From a bacterium (GTDB taxonomy: Bacteria > Desulfobacterota > DSWW01): a stretch of DNA of 27,158 bases. Shown piece by piece: positions 24,948 through 27,158 of this stretch. The notes beneath the pieces are model-generated. The model was not told the origin of the DNA and did not search any database. It worked only from the letters and a program-made list of their open reading frames with translations. The translations under genes and the position numbers were made by a program. Numbering within the stretch: position 1 is the stretch's first letter; each line of letters opens with the position of its first letter. The DNA is taken from NCBI GenBank assembly GCA_040756235.1, contig JBFLZG010000054.1:1-27158 (forward strand). The letters run 5' to 3'.

Positions 24948-25972
24948 CCCGTGACCCACCCTTCTCCCTGATGCGCGGATCGAGCCGCACCTACGACCAG
25001 ATCCCCCAGGGTCTCGATGAAGTCTCGACCGGCATTGAGGGACTCGACCCTCTCGAACCTTTCCATCCCCAGCTCGAAGGCGGCTTTCCGGTAGTACAGG
25101 TCGATCTCGTAGAGCGTCTCCAGGTGGTCCGAGACGAAGCTCACCGGCACGACCAGGACCCTGCGGATACCCTCCTGATGCATCTGCCGGAGCGCAGCCG
25201 GGACCGTGGGTCCCACCCACCGGACCGGCCCCACCTGGCTCTGGTACGCGAGCACCCCGGGCAGTTCGGCCATGCCCGGCGCAGCGTCCAGCTCCCGGCG
25301 CAGCGCCAGCACGGTTTCCTCCACGTGCTGCACGTACGGGTCGCCCTGCTCGACGAAGCGCACCGGGACGCTGTGGGCCACGAACAGCAGGCCGGTCTGT
25401 CCGCCGCCCTCGAGCTTCTCCAGAGCGGCCAGGACGCGCCGGACGATGGCCTGGTGGAGCCCCCTTTCCAGGTGCCAGCTGCGGACCGTCCGGAGGGGCC
25501 GTCTGTCCGCGCTCTTCTTCCAGGCGGCCTGCAGGGCGTTGAGCGAGGAGCCGCCGGTGGCACGGCTGAACTGAGGATAGAGAGGCAGTCCCACGACACC
25601 GTCCGCGCCCCTCGCCTTCAGCCCCTCGAGCGCGTCTTCGGCAAACGGCCGGCTGTACCTCATGGCCACTTCCACCGGCCAGCCCAGGCCCCGCAACGCC
25701 AGCTCCCGTTCCAGCGCCACGGCCTGTTTGCGCGTGATCGGAAGAAGGGGCGAACCGCCTCCCGGAAGGGATCGATAACGCACCTCCACCCGCGGGCTGC
25801 GCAGGAGCGCAACCAGCCCGGCGAACAGCGGCTGCAGCAGCCTGCCCCCGGGGAAGGCGAAGATCTCCCGATCCTGGAAGAGTCGGAAAAGGAAAGCCCG
25901 GACCTCGGCGGCGGACGCCGGCGCCCCCAGGTTCATCAGGACGACGCCCGGCCTCGTCACGCTCGCGCTCAT
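24944..25972 (-). CDS. hemH: Ferrochelatase
   Basis: LMNLGAP, GGGSPL, AMRY, LPLYPQFS, AHSVP, GDPY, YQSQVGP..W and SFVSDHLETLYEID. Confidence 0.96.
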   Translation of the reverse strand: MSASVTRPGVVLMNLGAPASAAEVRAFLFRLFQDREIFAFPGGRLLQPLFAGLVALLRSPRVEVRYRSLPGGGSPLLPITRKQAVALERELALRGLGWPVEVAMRYSRPFAEDALEGLKARGADGVVGLPLYPQFSRATGGSSLNALQAAWKKSADRRPLRTVRSWHLERGLHQAIVRRVLAALEKLEGGGQTGLLFVAHSVPVRFVEQGDPYVQHVEETVLALRRELDAAPGMAELPGVLAYQSQVGPVRWVGPTVPAALRQMHQEGIRRVLVVPVSFVSDHLETLYEIDLYYRKAAFELGMERFERVESLNAGRDFIETLGDLVVGAARSAHQGEGWVTG

Positions 25973-27024
25973 CGGGGGCGGGACTCGCTGGCCGGGACCG
26001 GAAAAGCGTGGACCATCTCCACCAGCCCGACGACGTTCTCGACCGGCGTCCTGGGGTGAATGCCATGCCCCAGGTTGAAGATGTACCCGGGGCGGGACGA
26101 TCCCTGTTCGAGCATGCGCTGCACCGTGCGCCGGAGGTCCTCGAGCGGTTTGAACAGCGCCAGAGGGTCCAGATTGCCCTGCACGGGCCGGTCAGCTCCG
26201 AGCCTCGTTCTCGCCTCGCCGAGCTCCATCTTCCAGTCCAGGCTCAGCACCTGGGCTCCGAGTCGAGCCATGTTCTCCATCAAGGTGGATGTCCCCAGGG
26301 AGAAGTGGATCGTGGGGACCCCGCACCCGCCCAGCTCTTCGAAAAGCTGCTCCATGTGAGGCGCAACGTACTCCTCGTAGTCCGCCGGCGAGAGGGCGCC
26401 CGCCCAGGTGTCGAAGAGCTGAACCGCCTGGACGCCGGCACGGATCTGGGCCTCGGCATAGAGCCGGACCGAGCGGGACAGATGCTCCAGGAGCCGATGG
26501 AAGGCATCGGGCTCCTGATACATGAGGCATTTCGTCTTCAGAAATTCTCTCGAAGACCCGCCCTCGATCAGATAGGTGGCCAGGGTGAAAGGAGCCCCGC
26601 TGAAGCCGACCAGGGCAGTCTCCGGGCCGAGGGACCTCCTCAGGCCTCGAACGGTTTCCAGGACGAACCCCAGCTTCTCCTCCGGGTCCGGTGTCGGCAG
26701 GCCTTCGACGTCCCGGCACCGGGAAACCGGCGGATCGAGCTTCGGCCCCCCGTCCTCTTCGAACGACAGCCCGAATCCCATGGCCTCCAGGAGCAACAGG
26801 ATGTCCGAGAACAGGATGGCGGCATCGACGCCCAGGCGCTCCACCGGCTGAAGCGTCACCTCGATGGCGAGGTCCGGCGTCTTGCAGAGCGTCAGGAACG
26901 AGACCCGCTCCCGCACTTTCCGATATTCGGGCAGATAGCGGCCCGCCTGCCGCATCAGCCACACCGGGATCCGGTCCAGCGGCTCGCTGCGGCAGGCCTT
27001 GAGGAACCGGCTCGTCTCCTCCAA
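25969..27024 (-). CDS. hemE: Uroporphyrinogen decarboxylase
   Basis: PVWLMRQAGRYLPEY, DAAILFSDIL, GFSGAPFTLATY, QGNLDP and FNLGHGI. Start set at TTG 27024 behind a GGGAGG RBS. Confidence 0.96.
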   Translation of the reverse strand: MEETSRFLKACRSEPLDRIPVWLMRQAGRYLPEYRKVRERVSFLTLCKTPDLAIEVTLQPVERLGVDAAILFSDILLLLEAMGFGLSFEEDGGPKLDPPVSRCRDVEGLPTPDPEEKLGFVLETVRGLRRSLGPETALVGFSGAPFTLATYLIEGGSSREFLKTKCLMYQEPDAFHRLLEHLSRSVRLYAEAQIRAGVQAVQLFDTWAGALSPADYEEYVAPHMEQLFEELGGCGVPTIHFSLGTSTLMENMARLGAQVLSLDWKMELGEARTRLGADRPVQGNLDPLALFKPLEDLRRTVQRMLEQGSSRPGYIFNLGHGIHPRTPVENVVGLVEMVHAFPVPASESRPR

Positions 27025-27040
27025 TCTCTCCTCCCTTCCC

Positions 27041-27158
27041 GAGGCTGCCGATAAACGGCCGTCTGCGGCGTTGCGCTCATAGGGAATGGAGGCGGGGAGA
27101 GCCTGCCCCGGCAAAGGCCGGGGTCCACTGTGACTCCCAATTAGCCTCATTCCTCGGG
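27041..27158. repeat. MITE/REP-like repeat copy with a nested hairpin, truncated at the window edge
   Basis: 39-nt arm at 27041-27079. GGAATGGAGGC (27083-27093) pairs with GCCTCATTCC (27144-27153) with one bulge, enclosing a CCCCGGC/GCCGGGG hairpin (27106-27123). The terminal 15 nt are identical to 33-47. Confidence 0.7.

Noticed and set aside
24948..26066. N-terminal 373-aa extension of the 867-aa ORF, suggesting a HemG fusion
   Set aside because: It is a shadow frame over hemH with low-complexity Arg/Gly/Pro translation. The real hemG starts at ATG 24947, overlapping the hemH stop.
2288..27079. CRISPR array from the ~39-nt repeats
   Set aside because: The copies are dispersed kilobases apart, with no regular spacers and no cas genes.
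1..27158. Circular element or prophage suggested by the 15-bp match between the two ends
   Set aside because: The match is internal at the left end (33-47) and belongs to a dispersed repeat. The content is housekeeping, with no integrase, replication or phage genes.

Overview
A GC-rich bacterial chromosomal segment; gene content and gene order resemble deltaproteobacterial lineages (inference). It holds about 24 genes. Haem biosynthesis is split into two clusters: ccsA-like–hemA–hemC–hemD–hemB (+) and hemE–hemH–hemG/hemY followed by an RluD-like gene (-). Cell-envelope genes are interleaved: PBP1A, a Dpp/Opp-type ABC importer with no ATPase gene, NagZ, a short transpeptidase-only PBP, DUF2333 and a probable outer-membrane beta-barrel. 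Other genes encode a class II HDAC-family deacetylase and an MBL-fold hydrolase. Two items stand out among the genes: a YkgJ / stand-alone LeuA-CimA regulatory domain / SCP2-type thiolase operon, and a divergent MoaA-like radical SAM enzyme that has lost the GTP-binding residues and the C-terminal GG motif. No transposase, integrase, CRISPR array, tRNA or rRNA is visible. The non-coding DNA is unusually structured. A ~270-nt intergenic element (19949-20220) folds into a long branched stem with a ladder of tandem G·A pairs. A MITE/REP-like repeat family has a 39-nt arm lying just upstream of three gene starts, one copy inside a CDS. Two GTAG-type REP palindromes are also present. All calls come from reading motifs by eye; no database searches or folding programs were run.
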